Below, one piece after another: positions 21,402 through 31,581 of a DNA stretch of 64,000 nt (the stretch's first letter is position 1; every line of letters begins with the position of its first letter). This stretch comes from Hydrurus foetidus. Lineage: Eukaryota. The notes beneath the pieces were generated by a model, which saw only the letters and a list, made by a program, of their open reading frames with translations, did no database searches and was not told the origin of the DNA. The position numbers and the translations under genes are program-made. The stretch lies in the NCBI GenBank assembly GCA_900617105.1, contig UYFQ01000260.1:372001-436000 (forward strand), read 5' to 3'.

Positions 21402-21596
21402 TTAGCTTGGCTCGCCCGCCTCGACCGCCGAGCGGTTCCGGAAACGGAGCGGCTTGGCTCCCGGTAAGGCCTGAACAGGGCCACCTGACGGGACGCTGAC
21501 GGATAACGACCACGCGGAGCGCTCGGCTTCGTCGAAACGGTATTCTCTATCTCTCATCCGGACGTGGTCCGGACGCTCCGCGACCCTTTCCATCAA
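21402..21596 (-). CDS. Possible 64-aa hypothetical protein
   Basis: Open frame (M)MERVAERPDHVRMRDREYRFDEAERSAWSL...; no recognisable family. Confidence 0.3.
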   Translation of the reverse strand: MMERVAERPDHVRMRDREYRFDEAERSAWSLSVSVPSGGPVQALPGAKPLRFRNRSAVEAGEPS

Positions 21597-21637
21597 CTCG
21601 CAGCGAAAGCGCGGGGATGCGAAGTCGTGCGCAATAG

Positions 21638-21755
21638 GTCCTCTCCCCGAAGGGAGAGGTGTCGGCGAAGCCGACGGAGAGGGAAGTGATGCAGCCTCAG
21701 CCGACTTCCCCCTCCGGTCGCTGCGCGACCGCCTCCCCCTTCAGGGGGAGGACTT
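21638..21755. repeat. Palindromic intergenic repeat, family A (copy 2, complete)
   Basis: GTCCTCTCCCCGAAGGGAGAGG...CCTCCCCCTTCAGGGGGAGGAC with nested hairpins; shares 27 identical nt (reverse complement) with 10558-10584. Confidence 0.82.
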
Positions 21756-22933
21756 TTACCCCCGCACCAGTTCCCGCATCGCCTTGTCCAGGCCCTCGAT
21801 CGTCAGGGGGAACATCCGGTCGTTCATCAGGGTCTTCATCACCCCGATCGACTGGGTGTAGTCCCAGTGCCGTTCGGGCGTCGGGTTGAGCCAGACGCAG
21901 CTCTGGTAGATGTCGGCCACGCGCTCCATCCAGATCGCGCCGGGCTCCTCGTTCCAGTGTTCGACACTGCCGCCCGGATAGGTGATTTCGTAGGGGCTCA
22001 TCGTCGCATCGCCGATGAAGATCACCTTGTAATCGCTGGGGAACTTGTGGAGCACGTCCCAGGTCGGGATCTTCTCACCTGCCGGCGGCGATTGTCCTTC
22101 CACACGGCCTCGTAGAGGCAGTTATGGAAATAGTAGAATTCCAGGTTCTTGAACTCGGTCTTGGCCGCGCTGAACAGTTCCTCGCAGAGCTTGATATGGC
22201 CGTCCATCGAGCCGCCGATGTCGAAGAACAGCAGCACCTTGATCTTGTTGCGCCGCTCGGGGCGCAGCTGGATGTCCAGATAGCCCTTTTCCGCCGTGCC
22301 GCGGATGGTGCCGTTCAGGTCCAGCTCCTCGGCGGCGCCTTCGCGGGCGAACTTGCGCAGGCGGCGCAGGGCCACCTTGATGTTGCGGGTGCCCAGTTCG
22401 ACCGAGTCGTCGAGGTTCTTGTATTCGCGCTTGTCCCAGACCTTCACGGCCTTGCCGTGGCGGCTCTTGTCCTGGCCGATGCGGACGCCTTCGGGATTGT
22501 AGCCGTTGTTGCCGAACGGGCTGGTGCCGCCCGAACCGATCATCTTGTTGCCGCCCTCGTGGCGCTTCTTCTGTTCCTTGAGGCGCTCCTGCAGCATCTC
22601 CATCAGCTTCTCGAAGCCGCCCATGGCCTCGATCGCCGCCTTTTCCTCGTCGGTCAGGAACTTCTCGGTCAGGGCCTTGAGCCATTCTTCCGGGATGTCG
22701 GCGGCGAGGCCGTCACTGACGGTCTCCAGGCCCTTGAAGACGTGGCTGAACACCCGGTCGAACTTGTCGAGGTTCTTCTCGTCCTTCACCAGGCTGGCGC
22801 GGGACAGGAAATAGAAGTCCTCGACCGAACGGTCGATGACGTCCTTGTCCAGGGCCTCCATGAGCATCAGATACTCGCGCAAGGACACCGGCACCTTGGC
22901 CTGGCGGAGCTCGGAGAAGAAGCGAAGGAACAT
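21756..22933 (-). CDS. VWA-domain (CoxE-like) protein; frameshift near 22080
   Basis: MFLRFFSELRQAKVPVSLREYL, DIGGSM MIDAS-like motif, YYFHNC, IFIGDATMSPYE, WLNP. Confidence 0.85.
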
Positions 22934-23002
22934 CGGCGCGGGCTTTCGAACAGTTGTTCGGAGTGTGGAGGGTTCTTAAACGGGACGCAACGCCCGAACC
23001 GC

Positions 23003-23515
23003 TCAACCCCGCCGCAGAATGAATTCCAGATCCCGCACTTCGCCGACCGGGAAGAAATACTCGCCGACCTTGGCGAACCCCAGCCGCTCATAAAGCCGCT
23101 GCGCGCCGAAATTCTCGGACCATACGCCGATCCACAGGGGGCGGGGGCCGTCCTTCTCCAGCCACTCCAGCGCCGCGTTCATCAGCATGGAGCCCTTGCC
23201 GCCGCCCTGGTGGTCTTTCAGCACATAGATGCGCTTCAGCTCGCCATCGCCCGGTTGCACGTCATCATGCGGCAGGTCGCAGGGCCCGGCCAGGGCGTAG
23301 CCGATCGCCTCGCCGTCATCCTCCAGCAGCCAGGTGGCCTTGTCGGGGTGCGCCAGATCGCTCCGGGTGCGCTCCAGCCCGTAGGCATAGGCGATGAAGG
23401 TCTCCAGATCCGCTGGCGGATACAGATAGTCGAAGGTCTGGATGAAGGTGCGGGCGCCCAGGCTGGAGACCGTGTCGGCGTCTTCCGGCGTGGCGCGGCG
23501 AAGGGAAAGGCTCAT
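23003..23515 (-). CDS. GNAT N-acetyltransferase (PaiA-like)
   Basis: LRRATPEDA, ELKRIYV..HQGGGKG, LWIGVWSENFGAQRLYERLGF. Confidence 0.88.
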   Translation of the reverse strand: MSLSLRRATPEDADTVSSLGARTFIQTFDYLYPPADLETFIAYAYGLERTRSDLAHPDKATWLLEDDGEAIGYALAGPCDLPHDDVQPGDGELKRIYVLKDHQGGGKGSMLMNAALEWLEKDGPRPLWIGVWSENFGAQRLYERLGFAKVGEYFFPVGEVRDLEFILRRG

Positions 23516-23578
23516 GTCGCTCTTGATAACCGCGATCGACCGGTTTCGTCCAATGGCTGTCCGCGCTACCGTCGGGTC

Positions 23579-24499
23579 ATGAGCATCGCCCTGTTCACCC
23601 ATTCCGACATGCTGGACCACCGGCCAGGCGACGGCCATGCCGAGCGGCCCGAACGGCTGCAGGCGGTGATCGACGCCCTGGGCGACGACGCCACGCTGGA
23701 TCTGGAAACGCTCGAGGCGCCGCTGGTCGATATCGCCGACCTGGCCCTGGTGCATCCCCAGGCCTTCATCGACGCCGTGCTGGCTTCGGCTCCCAGCGTC
23801 GGCCGCCACGCCCTGGATCCCGACACCATCCTGACCCCCGGCAGCCTGGTCGCGGCGCGGCGAGCGGCCGGGGCGGCGGTGTCGGCCGTGCGCCAGATCG
23901 CGGCCGGGGAGGGGATGCGGGCCTTCTGCGCGGTGCGGCCGCCGGGCCATCACGCCGAGCCGGGCACAGCCATGGGCTTCTGCGTGTTCTCCAACGTGGC
24001 CGTCGCGGCGCGGGTGGCCCAGGCTTCGGGCCTTCGCCGGGTGGCCATCGTCGATTTCGACGTCCATCACGGCAATGGCACCCAGGCCGCGTTCGAGAAC
24101 GACCCCACCGTCTTCTTCGCCTCGATCCACCAGTCGCCGCTGTATCCCGGCACCGGCGATCCGTCCGAGACCGGTCTGGGCAACATCGCCAACGCCATCG
24201 TGGCGCCGGGCGCGGCCCGTGAAACCTGGCGGGCGGGGTTCGAGGGGCTGATGGACAAGGTCGACGCCTTCTCGCCGGACCTGATTCTGGTGTCCGCCGG
24301 CTTCGACGCCCATGTCCGCGATCCGCCATCGGCGCAGAACCTGGAAGCCGAGGATTTCGCCTGGGCGACCCGGGCGATCGTCTCGGTCGCCAACGCCCGG
24401 TCGCGGGCCGTATTGTTTCCTCGCTCGAGGGGCGGCTACGACCTGCAGGCGCTGGGACGCTCAGCCGCCGCGCATGTCCGCGCTCTGCAGGAGGGATGA
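23579..24499 (+). CDS. Histone deacetylase family protein (acetylpolyamine amidohydrolase/AcuC-like)
   Basis: HAERPERL, RPPGHHA, GFCVFSN, DFDVHHGNGTQ, SAGFDAH, GGY. Confidence 0.9.
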   Translation: MSIALFTHSDMLDHRPGDGHAERPERLQAVIDALGDDATLDLETLEAPLVDIADLALVHPQAFIDAVLASAPSVGRHALDPDTILTPGSLVAARRAAGAAVSAVRQIAAGEGMRAFCAVRPPGHHAEPGTAMGFCVFSNVAVAARVAQASGLRRVAIVDFDVHHGNGTQAAFENDPTVFFASIHQSPLYPGTGDPSETGLGNIANAIVAPGAARETWRAGFEGLMDKVDAFSPDLILVSAGFDAHVRDPPSAQNLEAEDFAWATRAIVSVANARSRAVLFPRSRGGYDLQALGRSAAAHVRALQEG

Positions 24500-25146
24500 A
24501 GGGATCGACGGCAGCCGTCATCTCGGGAACATGGCCGACGCAAGCAACGCCGACCACATCCTCGCGGAGGAAAAGACCGGTGCGTCCGGGCCTTATCACC
24601 CTGGCCCGACACGGCGAGCCGGCCCTGTCACGCAAGGTGCGCTTCAACTGCGCCGCCTATGGCGAATGGTGGGCGCGCTATGAAGTGGGCGGACTGAAGC
24701 CCGGCCAGACGCCTCCGGCCTCCTGGTCGAGGCCGGCCGGCAGGCCAGCCTGGTCATCGCCTCGACCCGCCGCCGCTCGATCGAGACCGCCCAGGCCGTC
24801 TGCGAAGGTCGCGCCTTCTCCACCGATCCGCTGTTTGTCGAGGCGCCGCCCGCCGCCGCCCTGCCGTCATGGATCAAGATGAAGCCCAGTCACCTGGGAT
24901 TCTTCGCCCGCTTCTGGTGGTGGTTCTTCAATCACCACGGCGGGCAGAGACCCGCCCAGGCCGAGATCCGCTCTGACCAGGCCGCCGACCTGCTGATCGA
25001 CCTGGCCGCCGGTGGACAGGACGTGCTGGTCCTGGCTCACGGCTTCTTCAACTGGATGATCGCCCGGTCTCTGAGAAAGAAGGCGCGCGCTGCTGCTCGA
25101 CGAAGGCCACGCCTATTGGAGCGTCAAACGCTTCACCCTGGCCTGA
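24496..25146 (+). CDS. Histidine phosphatase (phosphoglycerate mutase-like) family protein; frameshifts
   Basis: ITLARHGEP motif and later VLVLAHGFFN; ATGA overlap with the deacetylase stop. Confidence 0.7.
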
Positions 25147-25265
25147 AGACCACGCTCGCGAGATGGCGGGGCGCATTCCGACTTCCCTTAACGACGGCCG
25201 CATTCTAGGTCGTTGCCCGTATCTTCCCGCCCCACTAGGGTGCGGCCGTTCTCCTCGGAGTTGAA

Positions 25266-25523
25266 ATGACCGACGCCTCGAACGCCACGGATGGAGATCT
25301 CGCCGGACTGAGCTTCGAGCAGGCCCTGGCCGAGCTGGAAAAGATCGTGTCAGAGCTGGAGTCCGGCCAGGCGCCGCTGGAGCGGTCCATCGACATTTAT
25401 GAGCGCGGCGCGGCCCTGAAGGCCCACTGCGAAAAGAAGCTCGAGGCCGCCCGCCTCAAGGTCGAAAAGATCGTGCTGGGCCAGGGCGGCGCGGTCAGCG
25501 CCGAACCGGCGGACTTCGCCTGA
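25266..25523 (+). CDS. xseB: Exodeoxyribonuclease VII small subunit
   Basis: [39 protein letters not shown]. Confidence 0.95.
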   Translation: MTDASNATDGDLAGLSFEQALAELEKIVSELESGQAPLERSIDIYERGAALKAHCEKKLEAARLKVEKIVLGQGGAVSAEPADFA

Positions 25524-25866
25524 TGGCTTCAGTGCCGATCACCTATGACGACTTCGCGAAGGTCGATATCCGCATCGGCCAGTGACCCGGGCCGAGCCGT
25601 TTCCCGGAAGCCCGCAAGCCCGCCTACAAGCTGACTATCGATTTTGGCCCGACATCGGGATCAAGCGCTCCTCGGCCCAGATGACCAAGCACTACGCTCT
25701 GGACGATCTGGTCGGGCGCCGGATCGCGGCGGTGGTCAATTTTCCGCCGCGCCAGATCGGTCCGGTCATGTCCGAGGTTCTGACCCTGGGCTTCCCGACG
25801 CGGAGGGTGATGTGGTGCTGGTCAGCGTGGATCGCGCGACGTGCGCTGACGGGGAAGCTGTTTTGA
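25523..25866 (+). CDS. csaA: tRNA-binding protein / export chaperone CsaA; frameshifts
   Basis: [47 protein letters not shown]-stop. Confidence 0.85.
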
Positions 25867-26743
25867 TCGATCTGGAACGTCGCATCGTCCAGGCGGCCGA
25901 CATTGTCACCGTGGCGCTCGACGAGCTTCTGCCACGGGCCGACGGCCCGAGAGCCGGCTGACCGAGGCCATGCGCTATGCGGCCCTGGGGCCCGGCAAGC
26001 GTCTGCGGCCGTTCTTCGCCCTCGAAACGGGCAAGCTGTTCGACATGCCCGAGCGGCCGGTGCTGCGCGCCGCCTGCGCCCTGGAATGCATCCACGCCTA
26101 CAGCCTGGTGCATGACGACCTGCCGGCCATGGACAATGACGACGTGCGTCGCGGCCGTCCGACCGTGCACATTCGCCTATGACGAGGCGACCGCGTCCTG
26201 GCTGGCGACGCCCTGCAGACCGCCGCCTTCGACATCATCCTGCACCCCGACACCCACGATGACGCCATATCCGCGCCGAACTGGTGCGCAAGCTGGCCTC
26301 GCCTCGGGCGCCAAGGGCATGGCGGGCGGCAGATGATCGATCTTCTGGGCGTGCGCGACGATCTGGGGGCCGTGGCCCGCATGCAGCGCCTGAAAACCGG
26401 CGCGCTGATCACCTTCGCCTTCGAGATTCCGCTGATCATCGCCCGGGCAAAAGATTCCGAGCGCGCCGCCCTGATGGGCTTCGCCCACGACATGGGTCTG
26501 GCCTACCAGATCGTCGACGACATTCTGGACGCCGAGGGCGACGAAGCCGTGCTGGGCAAGGCCGCGGGCGGCAAGGACGCCGCCATGGGCAAGACCAACT
26601 ATGTCACCCTGCTGGGCGTCGACGCGGCCAAGGAACGGGCGACGCTTCTGGCCGCTCAAACCAAGTCTCACCTCGATATTTTCGGCGAACGCGCGGATCA
26701 TCTGCGCCGCAGCGTTGATTTCGTGCTGGACCGGCGCAACTGA
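25863..26743 (+). CDS. ispA: Farnesyl diphosphate synthase / geranyltranstransferase; frameshifts
   Basis: [49 protein letters not shown] start overlaps csaA stop. Confidence 0.9.
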
Positions 26744-26760
26744 CCGCGCTTTCTTCGGAC

Positions 26761-28672
26761 ATGACCACCGTGACTCCTCTCCTCGATAAGATCGCCTCGC
26801 CCGCCGATACGCGCGGTTTTTCCGTGGCTGAACTGAAGCAACTGGCCAGCGAGGTGCGCGCCGAAACCATCGACGCGGTCTCGGTGACCGGCGGGCATCT
26901 GGGCGCTGGCCTCGGGGTGGTCGAACTGACCGTCGCCCTTCACCACGTCTTCGAGACGCCCAAGGACATCCTGATCTGGGACGTCGGCCACCAGGCCTAT
27001 CCGCACAAGATTCTCACGGGGCGCCGCGATCGCATCAAGACCCTGCGTCAGGGCGGCGGCCTGTCGGGCTTCACCAAGCGGGCCGAGAGCGAATACGACC
27101 CGTTCGGCGCAGCCCATGCGGCCACTTCGATCTCGGCCGCGCTGGGTTTCTGCGCCGCGCGGGACCAGAAGGGCGAGACCAACAAGGTCGTGGCCGTGAT
27201 CGGCGACGGCTCGATGAGCGCCGGCATGGCCTATGAGGCGATGAACGCGGCGACCGACACCACCAAGCAACTGACCGTCATCCTCAACGACAACGACATG
27301 TCGATCGCCCCGCCGGTGGGCGGGATGAGCGCCTATCTGGCCAATCTGGTTTCGGGCGGTGCCTACCGGAAGGTTCGCAAGCTCGGCAAGACCGTGGTCG
27401 AGAAGCTGCCGACCCCGATGCGCGAAGCGGCTCGCAAGGCCGAGGAATACGCCCGCGGCATGGTCACCGGCGGCACCTTCTTCGAGGAACTGGGCTTCCA
27501 CTATGTCGGCCCGATCGACGGTCACGACATGGAGGCCCTGGTCTCGGTGTTGAAGAACGCCCGCAACTTCGAAGACAAGCCGGTCCTGGTCCACGTCGTC
27601 ACCCAGAAGGGCAAGGGCTATGCCCCCGCCGAAGGCGCTGACGACAAGCTGCACGCCGTGGTCAAGTTCGACGTCGTCACCGGCCAGCAGCACAAGGCCG
27701 CCGCCGGCCCGCCCAGCTACACCAAGGTGTTCGCCCAGGAACTGGTCAAGCAGGCGCAGCACGACTCCAAGATCGTCGCCATCACCGCCGCCATGCCCTC
27801 GGGCACGGGTCTGGACATCTTCCAGAAGGCGTTCCCGGAGCGCACCTTTGACGTCGGCATCGCCGAGCAGCACGCGGTGACCTTCGCCGCCGGCCTCGCC
27901 GCTGACGGCATGAAGCCGTTCGCGGCGATCTATTCGACCTTTCTGCAGCGGGGCTATGACCAGGTCGTCCACGACGTGGCCATCCAGCGCCTGCCCGTGC
28001 GCTTCGCCATGGACCGCGCCGGCCTGGTCGGCGCCGGGCCCCACCGCCGGCTCGTTGACGTCGGCTTCATGGGCGCTTTGCCCGGCATGATCCTGATGGC
28101 CGCCGCCGACGAGCTGGAACTGGCCCGCATGGTCGCCACCGCCGTCGAGATCGACGACCGCCCCAGCGCGTTCCGCTATCCGCGCGGCGAGGGCCTTGGC
28201 CTCGACATGCCGATCGGCCGCGCCGACCCGCTGGAGATCGGCAAGGGGCGCGTCGTCCGCGAGGGGACCAGCGTCGCCATCGTCTCGTTCGGCACGCCTG
28301 GGCGAAAGCCTGAAGGCCGCCGACCTGCTGGCCGCACGGGGCCTGTCGGCCACAGTCTGCGACGCCCGCTTCGCCAAGCCGCTGGACATCGACCTGCTGT
28401 TGCGGCTGGCCCGCGAACATGAAGCCATCATCACGGTCGAAGAGGGCGCCATGGGCGGTTTCGGCGCCTTCGTGCTGCAGGCCCTGGCCGAGCACGGCGC
28501 GCTGGATCGCGGCCTGAAGATCCGCACCCTGGTGTTGCCGGATATCTTCCAGGATCAGGACAAGCCTGATGTCATGTACGCCCAGGCGGGTCTCGACGCC
28601 GAGGGCATCATGCGCGGCGCCTTGTCGGCGCTGGGGATCGACAATATTTCGGCGGCGGGCCGCCGGGCCTGA
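26761..28672 (+). CDS. dxs: 1-deoxy-D-xylulose-5-phosphate synthase; frameshift near 28295
   Basis: [62 protein letters not shown]-terminus in ORF 28196-28672. Confidence 0.95.
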
Positions 28673-29143
28673 TCAGGCCGCGGCGCACGACCTGAAGAAC
28701 GCCTTCACCTGTCCTTCGTCTTCACGCCTGGCGTGAAGATTGTGCCGCTCGCCATTCGTCAGGATGGTGAGGTCCCAGTGCTGAAAGCCGGCCAAGGCAG
28801 GGGCGCTCATCCGGCCGTGCGCTTCCAGCAGGCCCGCCTCGACCAAGGCGCTTTCGGCCTTCCCTGCGATGAAGCGGCTTTCGATGCGGGCGGACGCCAG
28901 GACGATGTCGCGGCCCTTGAGGCCCACGGCTGAAATCTGCACGCTGTCGGCCCCCGGCGAACAGCTGAGCATCAGGATCACATCGTCAGTGGAAGGCCGG
29001 CCATAGGCCAGGCGTGGAGCCTCGCCGGCGTCGCTGAGGAACGCCCAGCGATAGCCGCTGTCGGCGACCGTCTCGTGGGCGCAGCCCGCCAGGCCGGCGG
29101 CCAGAAATCCCAGAACGACAAGTGCGGCGAGCGGACGTCCCAT
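28673..29143 (-). CDS. Hypothetical lipoprotein
   Basis: AGGAG RBS; MGRPLAALVVLGFLAAGLAGC lipobox; LAYGRPSTDDVILMLSC. Confidence 0.65.
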   Translation of the reverse strand: MGRPLAALVVLGFLAAGLAGCAHETVADSGYRWAFLSDAGEAPRLAYGRPSTDDVILMLSCSPGADSVQISAVGLKGRDIVLASARIESRFIAGKAESALVEAGLLEAHGRMSAPALAGFQHWDLTILTNGERHNLHARREDEGQVKAFFRSCAAA

Positions 29144-29288
29144 GGCGGTTCTCCTGCCCGGAACAACGCGGCCGCAGCGCGAGTTTCGCGGGGTCCAGAA
29201 ACACATCAGGCGCGGACACCCTGGGGGGCCGCGCCTGAAGGTCTTGCTGGGGACGGACCGGTTCTTGCGCGAACCGCCCGTCGCCGGA

Positions 29289-30016
29289 TCAGAAGGGCGA
29301 GAAGCGTTCGACCAGGGCCTGGCCGGCCGGGGTCGCCTGGACGCGGCTGATGTCGCCACGGCCGCCGTAGCTGATGCGGGCTTCGGCGATCTGGGTGTGC
29401 GATGGTGTTGGCCGAGGAAATGTCTTCCGGACGGACGATGCCGGCGACCGTCAGTTCGCGCAGTTCGGCATTGGTGCGCACTTCCTGCGTGCCCTGGATG
29501 ATCATGTTGCCGTTGGGCATGACCTGGCTGACCACGGCGGCGATCGTCAGGCTGATCTTTTCGGACCGGCTGACGCTGCCGCCGCCTGCGTTGGTGAAGG
29601 TGGAGTTGGTGCCGATGGCGTTGGCCGGATCGAAGCCGCCCGGCAGGATCTTGCCCAGGCTGGATTCCAGACCCAGGAAGTTGCTGACGCCGGCCTGGGT
29701 GGTGGAGGCGCGGTTGCTGGCTGAGTTGTTCTTGGTGCTGGCGCTGTCGTCGATATCGATGGACGGTCAGGATGTCGCCGATCTTGCTGGCGCGCTGGTC
29801 GTTGAAGAAGGCGCGGGCGCCAACCCGCCACAGCGAGTTGGCGGAAGCCGCCTGGGGCGTCTGGTCGCGCGAGGCGACGAACTGCTGAGTCATCGGCGCC
29901 AGCTGGGCGGGATAGCCGACGGGGGCCAGTTCAGGGCCCCTCACGGCTTCGGTGACGGTCGAGCAGGCGGCGAGCGGGGCGAGCAGGGCGAGGGCGGCGA
30001 TCAGGGCGGGGCGCAT
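29289..30016 (-). CDS. flgH: Flagellar L-ring protein; frameshifts
   Basis: Lipobox LAAC, NSLW..FFNDQRASKIGDILTV, PNGNMIIQGTQEVRTN..AGIVRPEDI, ends FSPF-stop. Confidence 0.92.
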
Positions 30017-30027
30017 GCGAATGACCT

Positions 30028-30777
30028 CTAGCGAGCGGCGTAACGGACTGACGATCGGTTTTGCAAGGACTGCGCCTGCGGACCGACCATCGCGGAACCA
30101 GGACCGGTCGCGACCGCCTGGATGATCTTCTTGGACAGTGAGTTCTGGACGGAGACCAGGTCGCCGGCGGCGGCGGCCGACATGGCTTTTCCTTGCAGGG
30201 CAAGGGAAACGCCGCCGTTTTCGTAGGTCACGGTGATGATGTCGCCGTTCTTGATCACCTGGGCGGCGGACACATCGCGCAGCGAGGCTGCGGCGCCTTC
30301 ACGCAGGGGGCGCTTGGCGCTCATGCCGATCAGCGCGTCGGCGTCCTGGGGCGCATCGCTCGGCGAGGCGGCCATCTTCACCCAGATCAGGTCCTGGGGC
30401 TGCACGATCTCGCCAGCCGTCAGGCTCCGGGCATAGGCAAGAACTTCCACATTGCCCCTGGGGCGTACCACGCCGCCGCCTGCGCCACCGCCATCGGCGC
30501 CCTGGCGGACGATAATCCGGCGCAGACCCTGCGAATTGCTCCAGTCCAGGCCGGCGCGGCGAGCGGCCGATTGTACCTGGCCGGCGTCGAGAACGGTGGT
30601 GGCGCCGATGCGGGTGGCGACCAGGATGTCCGAGGTCGACCCCGCCCCGTCGAACAGGTCGCCCAGGGTGACGCGGCCGTCGGCGTCGGTGGTGTCCATC
30701 TTCAGCGAAACGGTCTGTCCGGCGAGCGCAGGACCGGCGAGAGCCAGGGCGCAGACGGTGATCAGGAGGCGCTTCAT
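30028..30777 (-). CDS. flgA: Flagellar P-ring chaperone
   Basis: Signal peptide, SAF-like domain, VSLALQGKAM..GDLVSVQN; position between flgG and flgH. Confidence 0.9.
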   Translation of the reverse strand: MKRLLITVCALALAGPALAGQTVSLKMDTTDADGRVTLGDLFDGAGSTSDILVATRIGATTVLDAGQVQSAARRAGLDWSNSQGLRRIIVRQGADGGGAGGGVVRPRGNVEVLAYARSLTAGEIVQPQDLIWVKMAASPSDAPQDADALIGMSAKRPLREGAAASLRDVSAAQVIKNGDIITVTYENGGVSLALQGKAMSAAAAGDLVSVQNSLSKKIIQAVATGPGSAMVGPQAQSLQNRSSVRYAAR

Positions 30778-30781
30778 GAGC

Positions 30782-31482
30782 CTAGGACCTCAGCTGCGAG
30801 GTGGCCTGGAGCATCTGGTCGGCCGTGGTGATGACCTTGGAGTTCATCTCGTAAGCGCGCTGGGCGACGATCAGGGCGGTGATTTCGCTGACGGCGTCGA
30901 CGTTCGAGGACTCCGTGTAGTTCTGCAGCAGGGTGCAAAAGCCGGGTTGGCCGGGGCGGCGATGTTGCCGGACCCGAGCCGCCGGTTTCCATGAACAGGT
31001 TGTCGCCGATGGCTTCCAGACCGCCTTCGTTCATGAAGTTGGCCAGCTCGAGCTGGCCGATGGTCTGGGGCGCGGTCTGACCCTGCAGGGTCACCTGGAC
31101 CAGGCCGGTCTTGCCGATGGTGATGGCGGTGGCGTTCTGCGGCACGGTCAGGCCGGGCTGCACCGCATAGCCGTCGTCGGTGACGATCTGGCCCTGGTCA
31201 TTGGTCGAGAAGTTGCCGGCGCGGGTATAGGCCGTCTCGCCCGAAGGCATCAGGATCTGCAGGTAGCCCTTGCCCTGGATGGCCACGTCCAACTCGTTGT
31301 TGGTCATGGTGGGGGTGCCCTGCTCGGTGATCCGGTAGACCGAGCCGGCCTTCACGCCGCCACCGATCTGGACGCCGGTGGGCACGACATTGCCGTCGCT
31401 GGACGACTGGGCGCCGGCCCGTTCGATGGTCTGGTAGAGCAGGTCCTGGAACTCGGCCCGCTGACGCTTGAAGCCAACCGTA

Positions 31483-31517
<35 letters not shown>

Positions 31518-31568
31518 GTTCAGCTGTTGGGCCGACATGCCGGACGCGGCGGTGCGTAGAGCTTGCAT
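30782..31568 (-). CDS. flgG: Flagellar distal rod protein; frameshifts near 30950
   Basis: [33 protein letters not shown]-terminal [17 protein letters not shown] in shifted frame. Confidence 0.95.
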
Positions 31569-31581
31569 CGTCTAGTTTCCC

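Noticed and set aside
10558..21755. Palindromic repeats as a CRISPR array or IS ends
   Set aside because: No regularly spaced direct repeats, no cas genes and no transposase.
22124..24499. 791-aa ORF as an extended deacetylase
   Set aside because: The first ~485 codons are the antisense shadow of the VWA and GNAT genes; the deacetylase starts at 23579.
29160..29186. GGAAC-N17-AGTT as a sigmaT promoter antisense to flgH
   Set aside because: The -10 element deviates from consensus and no gene follows on that strand.
28673..30016. 447-aa ORF suggesting an FlgH-lipoprotein fusion
   Set aside because: Artefact of frameshifts in flgH; flgH ends at 29289 and the lipoprotein has its own RBS and lipobox at 29143.
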